Notes: a model not told the origin generated them from the sequence alone. DNA of 33,719 nucleotides from an uncultured Thermoplasmatales archaeon (GCA_964517155.1 CAZFAZ010000034.1:1-33719), one strand, 5' to 3'; counted from the stretch's first letter, positions 16,253 through 26,313 are shown. Translations and numbers: made by a program.

Positions 16253-17290
16253 ATGAGATTGTTGATTGTTGGAGGAGGTTTTTGTGGAGCGTTAATTGCA
16301 AAAAAACTAGAAAAAATAAAAGATATTAAAGTTTGTTTAATAGATAAAAAAAGTTTTTTTGAGTATAAACCTAGTCTTCCAAAAATACTTTCAGATGAAA
16401 AATACGAAGAGAAAATCAAAATTTTTTATAATAAGTTTTTAAAAAATACAGAAATAATATGTGAAACAGTTAGAACTATCACGCCAAAAATTGTTGAAAC
16501 TCAAAATGAAAAATATTTTTATGATTTACTTGTCGTTTGTTGTGGTGTGACATATCCTATTTTTATCAAAAATCGAAAAGATGTTTTTACAATAACTGAT
16601 ATAAATCAGACAAAAGAAGCAACTGATAAAATTAAAAGATCCAAGGAGATATTAGTTGTAGGCGGCGGATTTATAGGTGTTGAAATAGTTGGTGAAATAA
16701 TTAATCAATGGCCTGAAAAACATGTTACTATTGTTCATTCAAAAAATCTTTTGATTGAAAGAAGTCCAAAAAGTGCTTCTGATTTTGTTAAAAAATTTTT
16801 TGAAAGGCAAAATGTAAATATCATTTTTAATGAAAGGGTTGTTAACCATACAAACAACATATTTACAACAGATAAAAATAGAAAGATTAAAGCAGATATG
16901 GCCATTTGGTCAACAGGAATAAAGTGTGACACTTCTTTTATGAATGGTTTCAAAGAATCTATTTTTACAAAAAAAGATTGTTTAAAATTAGATAGTTATC
17001 TCAGGCTCTGGAAATTTACTAATATTTTTGTGGGCGGGGATATTACAGACGTAATTGAGGAAAAAACTGCTCATAATTCAGAGCGTCATGCAAAAATAAT
17101 CTCAAAGAATATACAAAAAATCATTAAAAATAAAAAATTATCAAAATATTATAGTTTCAAAGGACCTTTATTTATTAGCCTTGGCGCGAGTAAAGGCATC
17201 TTTGTGTTTAGAAATTTTAGTTTTTCAGGGTTCATTCCTGCATATATAAAAGATATGATTGAGTGGTTTTTTTTAAGAATTGTTTTATAA
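16253..17290 (+). CDS. FAD-dependent pyridine nucleotide oxidoreductase (AIF/FSP1/NDH-2-like)
   Basis: Two Rossmann motifs IVGGGFCG and VVGGGFIGVE; NIFVGGD; EEKTAHNS. Confidence 0.88.
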   Translation: MRLLIVGGGFCGALIAKKLEKIKDIKVCLIDKKSFFEYKPSLPKILSDEKYEEKIKIFYNKFLKNTEIICETVRTITPKIVETQNEKYFYDLLVVCCGVTYPIFIKNRKDVFTITDINQTKEATDKIKRSKEILVVGGGFIGVEIVGEIINQWPEKHVTIVHSKNLLIERSPKSASDFVKKFFERQNVNIIFNERVVNHTNNIFTTDKNRKIKADMAIWSTGIKCDTSFMNGFKESIFTKKDCLKLDSYLRLWKFTNIFVGGDITDVIEEKTAHNSERHAKIISKNIQKIIKNKKLSKYYSFKGPLFISLGASKGIFVFRNFSFSGFIPAYIKDMIEWFFLRIVL

Positions 17291-17352
17291 TTAGTCAGTC
17301 AGCAAGTTTTTTATTATTATAAACTATTAAAGAATTTTGAGAATGATTAAAA

Positions 17353-18072
17353 ATGATAAGCTTAAATTATTTGATACTTGATTTTTTGATTATATTATTT
17401 CCATTAATTTTTTCATTTAAATGGAAATTTAAATATTATCAGTTTTTCAAACCATTGTTTGCATCTATTGCAGTTGTAGGTATTTCTTATATACTATGGG
17501 ATATAATTGTAACAGCTAGGGGAGATTGGAGTTTTAATAAAGAATTTTTAATTGGTATAGAGATATTCGGCTTGCCTATAGAAGAAATCTTATTTTTTAT
17601 AGTAGTACCATTTGCTTGTATTTTTATTTATGAAAATCTTATGTATTTTATTAAAGATAAAAAAGTTCCTTTTAACAAATGGTTTTATATCTTTTTAGCC
17701 GCACTTTTCATATTAATCGGCTTGGTTTTTAGGAGCCAAGAGTATACCATCCTTGCAATGTTTTCATGTGCATTATTCTTTTTTATTGCATCTACTATTT
17801 TTCCAAATATTTTACAATCAAGAAATTATTGGTTTTACATAATACTTTCATTTATTCCTTTCATTATTTTTAATTATCTTTTAACGTCACTTGTTGTTGT
17901 AGAGTATTCTCCAATTGCTATTTGGGGTGGTGATGGTGCTTGGAATGGAAGATTTCTGACGATACCTATTGAAGATTTTTTTTATAATTTTTCAATGCTT
18001 TCATTTTATCTTATGTTTTATTTGTTTTTTAAGGACAAATGGTCCAGCAAAAAGGTTAAAAGTAAAGCTTAG
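17353..18072 (+). CDS. crtY: membrane lycopene beta-cyclase, fused two-domain (CrtYcd-type)
   Basis: Two hydrophobic halves with WD..G.WSFN..GLPIEEILFF and FNY.LT..IPIEDFFYNF motifs; heads a crt cluster. Confidence 0.85.
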   Translation: MISLNYLILDFLIILFPLIFSFKWKFKYYQFFKPLFASIAVVGISYILWDIIVTARGDWSFNKEFLIGIEIFGLPIEEILFFIVVPFACIFIYENLMYFIKDKKVPFNKWFYIFLAALFILIGLVFRSQEYTILAMFSCALFFFIASTIFPNILQSRNYWFYIILSFIPFIIFNYLLTSLVVVEYSPIAIWGGDGAWNGRFLTIPIEDFFYNFSMLSFYLMFYLFFKDKWSSKKVKSKA

Positions 18073-18098
18073 TTTTATGTTATTTGGGGTAGGTTTTT

Positions 18099-19571
18099 AT
18101 GAATAAAAAGAAAGTAATAATTGTAGGTTCAGGTTTCGGAGGTCTTTCTGCAGCAGCTCTTCTTGCCCGTGATGGTTTTGATGTAATGGTTATTGAAAAA
18201 AATGAACAAGCAGGTGGCCGTGCATCTATCTGGCAAAAAGATGGTTTTACTTTTGATATGGGTCCTTCTTGGTATTTGATGCCTGATGTTTTTGAAAAAT
18301 ATTTCGCAGAATTTGGTAAAAAACCAGAGGATTATATGCAACTTGTTCGTCTTAATCCATCTTATAGAGTTTTTTTTGATAAAAATGATTTTGTAGATAT
18401 TTCTGCAGATATTAACAAAAATCTTGAGTTATTTGAAAAATTAGAGCCGGGTGCTAGTAAAAAGATGAAAGAATATCTTGAATTAAGTGAGTACGAATAT
18501 AATATTGCTATGAAAGATTTTATTTATAAAGACTACAAGCATCTTACAGATTTTTTCAAGCCGCGGCTTATAATTGAAGGCACTAAACTTCATATGTTCC
18601 AAAAACTTGATTCATTTGCACAAAGATTTTTTAAAAGTGAAAAAATCAGAAAAATTTTAGAATATACTATTGTGTTTTTAGGTGGAAGTCCATATGATAG
18701 TCCTGCTTTGTATTCTTTGATGTCTCATGTTGATTTTAACATGGGTGTATGGTTTCCAAAAGGGGGCATGGGACAACTTGTAGAATCTATGCAAAAGTTA
18801 GCAATAGAGCAAGGTGTGAAATTTGTTTTTAATGAGCCTGCCGAAGAAATAATCGTAAAAGATGGAAAAGCTGTAGGTATCAAAACCAATAAATCAAAAT
18901 ATGATGCTGATCTTATTGTGGTAAACGCAGATTATGCATGGGCGGATATAAATCTTTTAGATGAAAAATATAGATCTTATTCTGAAAAATATTGGGAAAA
19001 ACGAAAAATTGCGCCATCTGCATATCTTTTATTTTTAGGTCTTGATAAACAACTTAAAAAGTTTGTTCATCATAATCTGTATTTTCATCCTGATTGGGAA
19101 GGTCATTTTGAAGATATTTTTAAAAATATTTGTTGGCCTGAAAAATTTTCTTATTATGTATCATGTATTTCAAAAACAGATAAAAAATCAGCGATTAAAG
19201 GCGGTGAAAATGTATTTGTCTTAATTCCAGTTGCACCGGGCCTTAAAGATACTGAAAAAACAAGAGAAAAATATTTTGATAAAGTAATCAAACATATGGA
19301 AGAGCTTGCTGGTGAAAATATTAGAGATCATATTGTTGTCAAAAGAATTTTTGCTCATAATGATTTTTCAAGTAGATATAATGCATATAAAGGTACAGCA
19401 CTTGGTCTTGCGCATACTCTGAAGCAAACAGCTATCTTTCGTCCTAAACATGAGAGTAAAAAAGTCAAAAATTTGTTTTATACAGGCCATTATACTCATC
19501 CAGGGATTGGTGTTCCCATGGTTATTATTTCATCCCAGATTCTTAGAGATATAATACATAAGAATAAATGA
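18099..19571 (+). CDS. crtI: phytoene desaturase
   Basis: IVGSGFGGLSAA, EKNEQAGGRA, GFTFDMGPSWYLMP, GTALGLAHTLKQTA.FRP, NLFYTGHYTHPGIGVPM. Confidence 0.93.
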   Translation: MNKKKVIIVGSGFGGLSAAALLARDGFDVMVIEKNEQAGGRASIWQKDGFTFDMGPSWYLMPDVFEKYFAEFGKKPEDYMQLVRLNPSYRVFFDKNDFVDISADINKNLELFEKLEPGASKKMKEYLELSEYEYNIAMKDFIYKDYKHLTDFFKPRLIIEGTKLHMFQKLDSFAQRFFKSEKIRKILEYTIVFLGGSPYDSPALYSLMSHVDFNMGVWFPKGGMGQLVESMQKLAIEQGVKFVFNEPAEEIIVKDGKAVGIKTNKSKYDADLIVVNADYAWADINLLDEKYRSYSEKYWEKRKIAPSAYLLFLGLDKQLKKFVHHNLYFHPDWEGHFEDIFKNICWPEKFSYYVSCISKTDKKSAIKGGENVFVLIPVAPGLKDTEKTREKYFDKVIKHMEELAGENIRDHIVVKRIFAHNDFSSRYNAYKGTALGLAHTLKQTAIFRPKHESKKVKNLFYTGHYTHPGIGVPMVIISSQILRDIIHKNK

Positions 19572-19656
19572 TTTTTTCATCAAAATCTTTTTAAATATGT
19601 CCTTATTAACGGGTGTTAATTAAAAGTATTAAAAAGAAGAAAAAAGGAATCTAAAA

Positions 19657-20541
19657 ATGATAAACAAAACATTTTATTCAATATTTCAACAAGGGAGCAG
19701 AACATATTTTTACAGTAGTCTATTTTTTCCCACATATCTAAAAAAAAATGTTTTTAAACTCTATGGCTTTGTAAGAAAAGCAGACAATTATGTTGATTCT
19801 ATACCACAAAAAATACAAGAATTTTATGACTTTAAAAACAAATATTACAAAGCCCTAGATGGTCAAAAAACAAATGATTTAGTAATAGATTCTTTTGTAG
19901 ATTTGATGCATGAAAAAAATTTTGATACTAAATGGGTTGAAGCATTTTTAGAATCAATGGAAATGGATATTATAAAAACAAGATATGAAACTCTTGATGA
20001 AACAATAAAATACATTTATGGTTCTGCAGAAGTAATAGGTCTTATGATGGCAAAGCTTATGAATCTTCCAAATGAATCATTAAAACATGCAAGATATCTA
20101 GGGAGAGCTATGCAATATATAAATTTCATAAGAGACATTTCAGAAGATATTTTATTTGGAAGGATATATTTTCCATTAGAAGAACTTCAAAAACATAATC
20201 TTAAAAATTTAGATTATGAAACAGTAATTAATCAAAAAGATAATTTTTCAAATTTTATTGATGAACAACTTAAAAGATATTTCAACTGGCAAAATTATGC
20301 AGAAAAAGGCTATATTTACATACCAAAAAGATATTTAATACCTGTAAAAACAGCATCTGAAATGTATAATTGGACTGCAAAACAGATAAAAGCATATCCA
20401 TTTACAATTTACAGTCATAAAGTAAAACCTATGATAATAAAAATAATTACAACAACATTTCTAAATGTAATAGATCCTAAAAGAGGAGTTAATCATATGC
20501 CACTTGTTTGCAGTAATGTAAAACAAATTGTTGACAACTAA
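19657..20541 (+). CDS. crtB: phytoene synthase
   Basis: GSRTYFYSS.FFP, LYGFVRKADNYVD, YIYGSAEVIGLM, LGRAMQYINFIRDISED..GRIYFP. Confidence 0.93.
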   Translation: MINKTFYSIFQQGSRTYFYSSLFFPTYLKKNVFKLYGFVRKADNYVDSIPQKIQEFYDFKNKYYKALDGQKTNDLVIDSFVDLMHEKNFDTKWVEAFLESMEMDIIKTRYETLDETIKYIYGSAEVIGLMMAKLMNLPNESLKHARYLGRAMQYINFIRDISEDILFGRIYFPLEELQKHNLKNLDYETVINQKDNFSNFIDEQLKRYFNWQNYAEKGYIYIPKRYLIPVKTASEMYNWTAKQIKAYPFTIYSHKVKPMIIKIITTTFLNVIDPKRGVNHMPLVCSNVKQIVDN

Positions 20542-20579
20542 TTTAAAGTAAAAAATTATTCGTATCAATCAGGAGAAAT

Positions 20580-21041
20580 TTGAAAATGGATGAAATAACG
20601 ATTTTATCATATTTGATAATAGTATTTATAACATTTTTATTTATGGAGTTTGTAGCCTGGTTTCTTCATAAATATGTAATGCATGGAATTGGATGGTATT
20701 TACATGAAGATCATCACAGATATTCAAAGAGAAAAATTGAAAAAAATGATATATTTGGTTTGTTTTTCAGCATAATATCCTTTTTATTCATATTTACTGG
20801 TTTTTTAGATGGTTATGATATAAAATTTGCTTTTGGAATAGGTATAATGATATATGGCTTAGGTTACTTTTTAGTTCATGATATTTTCTTTCATCACAGA
20901 ATTAAAATTAAATATAGGCCTAAAAGCAAATATGTGAAAAGAGTTCTAAATGCTCATGCTGTTCATCACCAGAAAAGCAAAGCCCATGAGGGCATATGCT
21001 TTGGATTTTTATATGCAAGTAAAAAATACAAAGTAGTCTAA
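20580..21041 (+). CDS. crtZ: beta-carotene 3-hydroxylase
   Basis: MEFVAWFLHKYVMHG.GWYLHEDHH, EKND.F, YFLVHD.FFHHR and AHAVHH His boxes. Confidence 0.92.
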   Translation: MKMDEITILSYLIIVFITFLFMEFVAWFLHKYVMHGIGWYLHEDHHRYSKRKIEKNDIFGLFFSIISFLFIFTGFLDGYDIKFAFGIGIMIYGLGYFLVHDIFFHHRIKIKYRPKSKYVKRVLNAHAVHHQKSKAHEGICFGFLYASKKYKVV

Positions 21042-21112
21042 AAATCTTTATTTTCATAGTTATACAAAAAGAAATAATTGATAAAAAAACAAAATTAAAA
21101 TAAAATGAATAA

Positions 21113-21841
21113 TTGTTTCCAAATAGTATGGCTCTATTAGAAATTATAATATTATTTGCAATGGCTTTTTTACCAGCAATAATATATACAGTATGGATTA
21201 GAAATACTGAGAAATACAATCGTGAAAAATGGATACCGATATTTCTTTGTTTTTTATGGGGTGCAACAATTGCAATAATTGCATCTATACTTTTAGAAAT
21301 AGTAATTGGAAGAGTTGCTATTTTCACAGTTGAAGATCCAAGTATCTATCTAATAATCACTGTATCTGTTATCGCACCGTTTGCTGAAGAACTTACTAAA
21401 CCTCTGGCACTTTCTTTAAAAAGAGTTAAAAAAGAACTGGTTGAACCTGAAGATGGTCTTATTTATGGTGCTGTTGCAGGTCTTGGTTTTTCTGCAACAG
21501 AAAACTTATTTTATGGAGCAGATGCATTTTTAAGTCAAGGCCTACTTTATTTTATAATTTTGATTTCCATTAGAAGTTTTTCAGGGTGCTTGCTTCATGC
21601 ATCAGCTACTGCATGGACAGGATATGGTTATGGTAAGGTTGTTATGAAAACTACCAGATTAATAAGAGTCTTACCATATTTTATCTTAGCAATGTTGGTT
21701 CATGGTTTTTATAATTTTATACTTATTTACGGAATGCTGGAAGGTTTATTTATAGGATTTTTTGTTGCTTTGATATTTGTTGCTATATCTATTCGTATTG
21801 TTAGGAAAAAAATAATGAAGTTAGATTCTTTAAATCATTGA
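21113..21841 (+). CDS. PrsW family intramembrane glutamic protease
   Basis: APFAEELTK, DGLIYGAVAGLGFSATEN, LHAS, HGFYN. Confidence 0.9.
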   Translation: MFPNSMALLEIIILFAMAFLPAIIYTVWIRNTEKYNREKWIPIFLCFLWGATIAIIASILLEIVIGRVAIFTVEDPSIYLIITVSVIAPFAEELTKPLALSLKRVKKELVEPEDGLIYGAVAGLGFSATENLFYGADAFLSQGLLYFIILISIRSFSGCLLHASATAWTGYGYGKVVMKTTRLIRVLPYFILAMLVHGFYNFILIYGMLEGLFIGFFVALIFVAISIRIVRKKIMKLDSLNH

Positions 21842-21893
21842 AAACAATTTAAAAGAATTTCTTATTTCATATTTCTGTGGTGAGGAATAAAAA

Positions 21894-22847
21894 TTGAAAA
21901 AAATAGCGGTGTTAACAAGAGATTGTGCAGGAGTAAACGCAGCTATACGCTCTATTGTAAGAACAGCGTGTCATAACAATTTAGAAGTAGTTGGAATAAA
22001 GCGCGGATACAAAGGTCTTATCGAGGGTGATTTTGTAAATCTTGATAGAAGATCTGTATCAGGTATAATAAATCAAGGTGGAACAATTTTAAAAACATCT
22101 CGCTCAAAAGAAATGTTTACTGAAGAAGGACAGAGAAAAGCAAAAGAAAACCTGCAGAAAAATAATATCGATGGTTTAGTTGTAATCGGTGGTAATGGCT
22201 CTCTTGCAGGTGCGCATGTTCTTGCATCTAAATTTAACATACCTGTTGTTGGTGTCCCTGCAACAATTGATAATGATGTAAACAATGTTGATTTAACAAT
22301 TGGTGCAGATACAGCAGTAAATGTTGTTCTTGATGCTTTGGATAAAATCAGGGATACAGCAACTAGTCTTGAAAGAATTTTTATAATTGAAGTAATGGGT
22401 AGAGATTGCGGTTATATCGCACTAGAATTAGCACTTGCTGGCGGATGTGAGGATGTAATAGTTCCTGAGATGGAAATAGATATAGATGTTATAATCAAGG
22501 AAATAAAAGAGGGAAACAGTAAAGGAAAAGTAAGCTGGATAATAATTGTTGCAGAAGGAAAAGCACATGCACATAATATTGCTGAAATAATTACAAGCAA
22601 GACCGGGCTTGAAACACGAGTTGCGGTTTTAGGTCATATACAAAGAGGAGGTAGGCCAACAGCAAAGGATAGAATTCTTGCTGCAAGACTTGGAAGCTAT
22701 GCTGTAGAATGTTTGCTTGAAAACGATTCAGATATATGTGTCACAGAAAAAAATGAACAACTGTTGAAAATACCTTTAAGTATTGCAATAAAAAAGAAAG
22801 ATGTGGATTTTAATCGTTATTATAGACTCATAAAAATCTTAACATAG
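21894..22847 (+). CDS. pfkA: bacterial-type ATP-dependent 6-phosphofructokinase (atypical N-terminal loop)
   Basis: GGTILKTSR, IGGNGS, PATIDND, TIGADTA, EVMGRDCG, LGHIQRGG. The N-terminus reads VLTRDCAG instead of VLTSGGDxPG. Confidence 0.88.
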   Translation: MKKIAVLTRDCAGVNAAIRSIVRTACHNNLEVVGIKRGYKGLIEGDFVNLDRRSVSGIINQGGTILKTSRSKEMFTEEGQRKAKENLQKNNIDGLVVIGGNGSLAGAHVLASKFNIPVVGVPATIDNDVNNVDLTIGADTAVNVVLDALDKIRDTATSLERIFIIEVMGRDCGYIALELALAGGCEDVIVPEMEIDIDVIIKEIKEGNSKGKVSWIIIVAEGKAHAHNIAEIITSKTGLETRVAVLGHIQRGGRPTAKDRILAARLGSYAVECLLENDSDICVTEKNEQLLKIPLSIAIKKKDVDFNRYYRLIKILT

Positions 22848-23615
22848 TTATGCTTCGCTTTTACTGAAAAGATAACTACCTATCAAAAGCATTGTTATAC
22901 AAATTAATGAAACTAGCCCTAGACTTATTAGTGGATTTTGTATTATTGAATGTTCTGTGCCGAGCATACTACCACGAAGACCATCTACCATGTAAAATAA
23001 TGGATTAAAATATGCTATAGCAAGTAGTGTTTTATTTTCAGCTACAGGAAAAAAAGCTGATGATAAAAAAAGAAGAGGCATTATTATAAGATTCATTATT
23101 ATTGGAAAAGATTCAAAATCCCTCATTTTTGAGGCAAGTATAAGCCCAAAGCCTACCGCTGAAAAGGCAATTAATATCATAAAAATTATTGTTAGTATAA
23201 GACCTGTTATTCCAGATAATGGTGTTCCGATCGCAATTGTAATTATAAGAATTATAAATCCTTGTATCAACGCTGTTGTTGCACCACCTATTGTTCTTCC
23301 AATTATTATTGATATGCGGCTTACAGGTGCCACTAGTACTTCTTGTAAGAAACCAAATTGTTTATCCCATAATATAGATACACCTGCAAACATTGATGAA
23401 AAAAGAATAGACATTGCAACAATTCCTGGTGCAAAAAAATGTATATATTCTACGTCTAGACCAGGCATTTTTAATGAGTTGAATCCGGAACCAAGTATAA
23501 ACAAAAATAATAGCGGTTGAATAACTGTTACAATGATTCTGCTTTTTGAGCGTACAAATCTTTTCATTTGTCTAAGCCACATAACATATATAGCTTGAAA
23601 CTCAACTGTTTTCAT
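22848..23615 (-). CDS. ABC-2 type exporter permease (DrrB-like)
   Basis: WLRQMKRF.RSKSR, FFAPGIVAM, WDKQFGFLQEVLVAPVSR, NPLFYMVDGLR. Confidence 0.9.
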   Translation of the reverse strand: MKTVEFQAIYVMWLRQMKRFVRSKSRIIVTVIQPLLFLFILGSGFNSLKMPGLDVEYIHFFAPGIVAMSILFSSMFAGVSILWDKQFGFLQEVLVAPVSRISIIIGRTIGGATTALIQGFIILIITIAIGTPLSGITGLILTIIFMILIAFSAVGFGLILASKMRDFESFPIIMNLIIMPLLFLSSAFFPVAENKTLLAIAYFNPLFYMVDGLRGSMLGTEHSIIQNPLISLGLVSLICITMLLIGSYLFSKSEA

Positions 23616-23617
23616 TA

Positions 23618-24610
23618 TTAATGATGTCCTCCTTTGAATTTCGGTGGTATTGAATTTACTAAATTGTTTTTTTGTTCATCATCGCGCATTGTTCTACCAG
23701 TATATGATAAAAATACATCATCAAGAGTTGGTTTTCTAACACTTATTGATTTAATTTTAACATTTATTTTTTGCGCTATTTCAATTATGTTTGGTATTTT
23801 TTCATCGCCTTTTTCTACGCCGAAAGTGAGAATATCTTCATGTTGTTTTATTTTACTAATCCAGCTTTCTTCTTCAAGCTTCTTTCTAAGTTTATTTAAA
23901 TCATCACAAGATAATGTTATTACATCGTTTCCAATACTATTTTTTAAATTGTCAACATCATCCATCACAAGAATTTTACCGTGGTCTATTATTCCTACTC
24001 GGTCACATAAATAATCTGCTTCGTCCATGTAATGAGTTGTAAGAAAAATTGTAGTCTGCTCTTCTTTATTCATTTTTTTTATATATTGCCATATCGCTCG
24101 ACGCGTTTGAGCATCCAAACCTAGAGTTGGCTCGTCTAAAAATAAAACAGTTGGATAATGCATCAGACCTCTTGCGATTTCCAGTCTTCTTTTCATGCCG
24201 CCGGAATAATTTTTAACTAAAACTTTTCTTTTTTCCTGCATGTCTACTAACTGTAGTACTTCATCTATTCTTTTTTTCCTTTTATCTCTGCTCATACCAT
24301 ACATTCTTGCATGATACTCAAGGTTTTCATCACCAGTAAGCTCTATATCAAGAGCTGGCTCCTGAAATACTATTCCAATGTTTTGTCTTACTTGATTTCT
24401 CTGTTTTATTATATCGTAATCTGTAATGGTTGCAGTTCCATCTGTTGGATTTAAAAGAGTTGTAAGCATTTTAATTGTTGTGGTTTTACCTGCTCCATTT
24501 GGTCCTAAAAAACCAAAGATTTCACCTTTTTTAACTGTGAAACTAACGTTGTCTACTGCCGTAAGTTTATCAAATTTTTTTGTAAGATTTATGGTTTTTA
24601 TAATATCCAA
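23618..24610 (-). CDS. ABC exporter ATP-binding protein (DrrA-like)
   Basis: GPNGAGKTT, YSGGMKRRLE, LFLDEPT, TTHYMDEAD, PTLDDVFL.YTG. Confidence 0.93.
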   Translation of the reverse strand: MDIIKTINLTKKFDKLTAVDNVSFTVKKGEIFGFLGPNGAGKTTTIKMLTTLLNPTDGTATITDYDIIKQRNQVRQNIGIVFQEPALDIELTGDENLEYHARMYGMSRDKRKKRIDEVLQLVDMQEKRKVLVKNYSGGMKRRLEIARGLMHYPTVLFLDEPTLGLDAQTRRAIWQYIKKMNKEEQTTIFLTTHYMDEADYLCDRVGIIDHGKILVMDDVDNLKNSIGNDVITLSCDDLNKLRKKLEEESWISKIKQHEDILTFGVEKGDEKIPNIIEIAQKINVKIKSISVRKPTLDDVFLSYTGRTMRDDEQKNNLVNSIPPKFKGGHH

Positions 24611-24726
24611 TTTTTTATCTCCGAAATCTTTGTTTTTTTTCTTTATCTTGATTTTGTTAATAAATGTATCATTATATTTCTTTTGAACAAAGGTTTTTTA
24701 TCTTATATTTTTTTATAGTCTTTTAA

Positions 24727-26313
24727 ATGGATTTCTATTCTGAGATAACTAATTTAATTATTTCTGGTAAAATTACTAATAAAATTGAGCTTCATAAAAC
24801 AAAGATTTTACTTTGTAAGAAATATGGCATTAGTGTTATTCCTCCCGATAGCGAGATTCTTGCTAAGCTTCCTGAGGATTTTTCTGAGGATGAAAAAGAG
24901 TTTGCTGTATCATTACTTAGAAAAAAAGCTACCCGTAGTATTTCAGGTGTTGCAATCGTCGCTGTGATGACCTCTCCTGAGAATTGCCCTCATGGTCTTT
25001 GTATTCCTTGTCCAGGTGGTCCTAGTGTTGGTACACCGCAGAGTTATACTGGTCATGAACCTGCGGCTATGCGTGCAAGTCTTAATGATTTTGATCCATA
25101 CTTACAGACATGTAACAGAATAAAGCAGCTTAGTGCTATTGGTCATCCAGTTGATAAAATAGATTTTATAATTATGGGTGGTACTTTTACTGCTCGAAAT
25201 CCTTTTTATCAGGAATGGTTTGTTAAGCGTTGTTATGATGGTTTGAATGAAGGGAATTCAAAAACATTAGAAGAGGCAAAGCTTTTTAATGAAACTGCTA
25301 AAAGCCGTTGTATTGGTCTTACAATTGAAACCCGTCCTGATTGGTTTAGACTTTGTCATGCAGATATGGCGCTTTTTTGGGGTGCAACAAGAGTTGAACT
25401 TGGAGTGCAGACTGTTTATGATGAGGTTTTAAATATTATTAATAGAGGTCATACTGTTGCAGATTCAATACTTGCTACAAGAATTGCAAAGGATTCTGGC
25501 TTTAAAGTAGCTTATCATATGATGCCAAATTTACCTGGTTCTGATGTTAACTTGGATTTAGAATCTTTTCAAACAATTTTTGCTGATGATAGGTTTAAAC
25601 CAGATATGATTAAGATTTATCCCACGCTTACAATTAAAGGAACGAAACTGTATGATATGTACAAAAAAGGTGATTATAAGCCACTAGAAACGGATGATGC
25701 AGCAAAACTTATTGCAGAGGTTAAAACATTTATTCCAGAGTGGGTGCGCATTCAGCGCATTCAAAGAGATATTCCTTCCAATTTTATTTATGCCGGGGTA
25801 AAAAATAGCAATCTTAGACAATTTGTTGAAAAAGAACTTGAGAAAAATAATATTCAATGTAGGTGTATTCGCTGTCGTGAAATCGGTCATAAAAATTTAA
25901 AACAAAAAATAGATTTAAACGAAGAAAACATTGGTCTTAACAGTATTTTTTATAAAGCAAGTGACAGTGAAGAAATTTTTATTTCTTTAGTTGATGAAAA
26001 AAATGATGCTTTAATTGCTTATCTTAGGCTTAGAGATATTGTAAATTCTCATAGAGCTGAGCTTGAAAAAAAACCATGTATGATTATACGTGAGCTAAAA
26101 GTCGTAGGTCAAGAACTATCTCTTGGTGAAAAATCAAAAAAAAGCTTGCAACATAAAGGTTATGGTAAAGAATTGCTTGAAGAAGCAGAAAAAATATGTA
26201 TTGAAGAGTTTGATAAAAAACATCTTTTTGTTTTAAGTGGTGTTGGAGTTAAACAGTATTATCGAAAACTTGGTTTTAAAGATGAAGGATTTTATCTTTT
26301 AAAAACACTATAA
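24727..26313 (+). CDS. elp3: tRNA uridine(34) acetyltransferase Elp3 (radical SAM + KAT)
   Basis: RSISGVAIVAVM, CPHGLCIPCPGG, PQSYTGHEPA, GLTIETRPD, RIQRDIP, QHKGYG, SGVGVKQYY. Confidence 0.96.
   Translation: MDFYSEITNLIISGKITNKIELHKTKILLCKKYGISVIPPDSEILAKLPEDFSEDEKEFAVSLLRKKATRSISGVAIVAVMTSPENCPHGLCIPCPGGPSVGTPQSYTGHEPAAMRASLNDFDPYLQTCNRIKQLSAIGHPVDKIDFIIMGGTFTARNPFYQEWFVKRCYDGLNEGNSKTLEEAKLFNETAKSRCIGLTIETRPDWFRLCHADMALFWGATRVELGVQTVYDEVLNIINRGHTVADSILATRIAKDSGFKVAYHMMPNLPGSDVNLDLESFQTIFADDRFKPDMIKIYPTLTIKGTKLYDMYKKGDYKPLETDDAAKLIAEVKTFIPEWVRIQRIQRDIPSNFIYAGVKNSNLRQFVEKELEKNNIQCRCIRCREIGHKNLKQKIDLNEENIGLNSIFYKASDSEEIFISLVDEKNDALIAYLRLRDIVNSHRAELEKKPCMIIRELKVVGQELSLGEKSKKSLQHKGYGKELLEEAEKICIEEFDKKHLFVLSGVGVKQYYRKLGFKDEGFYLLKTL

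Noticed and set aside
16162..16419. N-terminal 86 aa of the 504-aa ORF 14905-16419
   Set aside because: It overlaps the divergent oxidoreductase gene and its promoter; the ATG at 16161 precedes the TM anchor.
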